From positions 726 to 64,725 of the forward strand of contig CAWDSS010000017.1 of the NCBI GenBank assembly GCA_963805065.1: DNA of 64,000 bases, given 5' to 3'. This document shows positions 63,782 through 64,000 of the stretch, piece by piece. The notes below the pieces were generated by a model, which had not been told where the DNA came from, made no database searches, and saw only the letters and a list, made by a program, of their open reading frames with translations. The position numbers and the translations under genes were made by a program. The stretch is from Candidatus Omnitrophota bacterium (GTDB lineage Bacteria; Omnitrophota; Gorgyraeia; Gygaellales; Profunditerraquicolaceae). Numbering within the stretch: the first letter of the stretch is position 1; each line of letters begins with the position of its first letter.

Positions 63782-64000
63782 TTAATTAATGGAAACAGAT
63801 GGCATGCCGATTAAGGTATCTTTAGTGATACATGGATTATCAACGCCTGGCGCCTGAGAAGGATTCCAGCAGGAGCTAATTCTAACGGTTACATAATTAT
63901 TAGTTAGTAGCGTACCTGCGGGCTTTGCAGGCTGGAGACTGAAGCTGGAGATATTGCTGGCAATGGTATCATTTGCTACAGTACCCCACGCATCAACACA
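63782..64000 (-). CDS. 3' end of an unidentified CDS entering from the right edge
   Basis: Hand translation in the frame set by nt 64000: CVDAWGTVANDTIASNISSFSLQPAKPAGTLLTNNYVTVRISSCWNPSQAPGVDNPCITKDTLIGMPSVSIN*. It is open for 72 codons, with the stop at 63784-63782. No recognisable family. Confidence 0.35.
   Translation of the reverse strand, partial: CVDAWGTVANDTIASNISSFSLQPAKPAGTLLTNNYVTVRISSCWNPSQAPGVDNPCITKDTLIGMPSVSIN

Overview
AT-rich bacterial chromosomal segment: hand-sampled 60-nt lines are mostly about 23-40% GC. Every credible gene (about 65 CDS plus one tRNA-Ala) lies on the minus strand, and all plus-strand ORFs in the track look like shadow frames. Left to right: (1) nt 1-35,400 is a large surface-glycan locus. 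It holds three B12-binding radical SAM genes plus a flavoprotein, an O-antigen-ligase-like gene, a WbaP-type priming transferase, many GT4/GT2 glycosyltransferases and methyltransferases, Wzy/Wzx/Wzz-like genes, gmd-fcl, and an rfbA/rfbB set with an NRS/ER-like reductase. It also holds a cytoplasmic papain-like peptidase, and a SemiSWEET + B12-rSAM + GT2 + flippase module. A higher-GC four-gene island (16.9-21.6 kb) interrupts it. (2) nt 35,400-47,100 is housekeeping: tyrS, rpsA, plsC, PGM/PMM, rpe, nadD, proA, proB, obg, rplU, rng. (3) nt 47,100-56,100 is a type IV pilus cluster: pilMNOPQ, a major pilin, and minor pilins. (4) nt 56,300-64,000 holds mtaB, rsmE, a CcdA/DsbD-like membrane protein, an AmmeMemoRadiSam locus with a duplicated radical SAM gene and an embedded pilin-like gene, and tRNA-Ala(CGC). 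The features most worth follow-up are these. A GC-rich, ORF-poor ~470-nt island between rsmE and mtaB folds by eye into two closed multi-helix domains (candidate structured RNA). A 27-nt GGGAC-type hairpin element is inserted in-frame into three unrelated genes and sits at one gene junction. A 54-nt perfect hairpin occurs twice. Heptamer tandem arrays occur inside and beside genes. A poly-C9 tract lies in a glycosyltransferase. All AmmeMemoRadiSam components carry N-terminal hydrophobic leaders. All functional calls rest on motif recognition by eye; no database search was possible.
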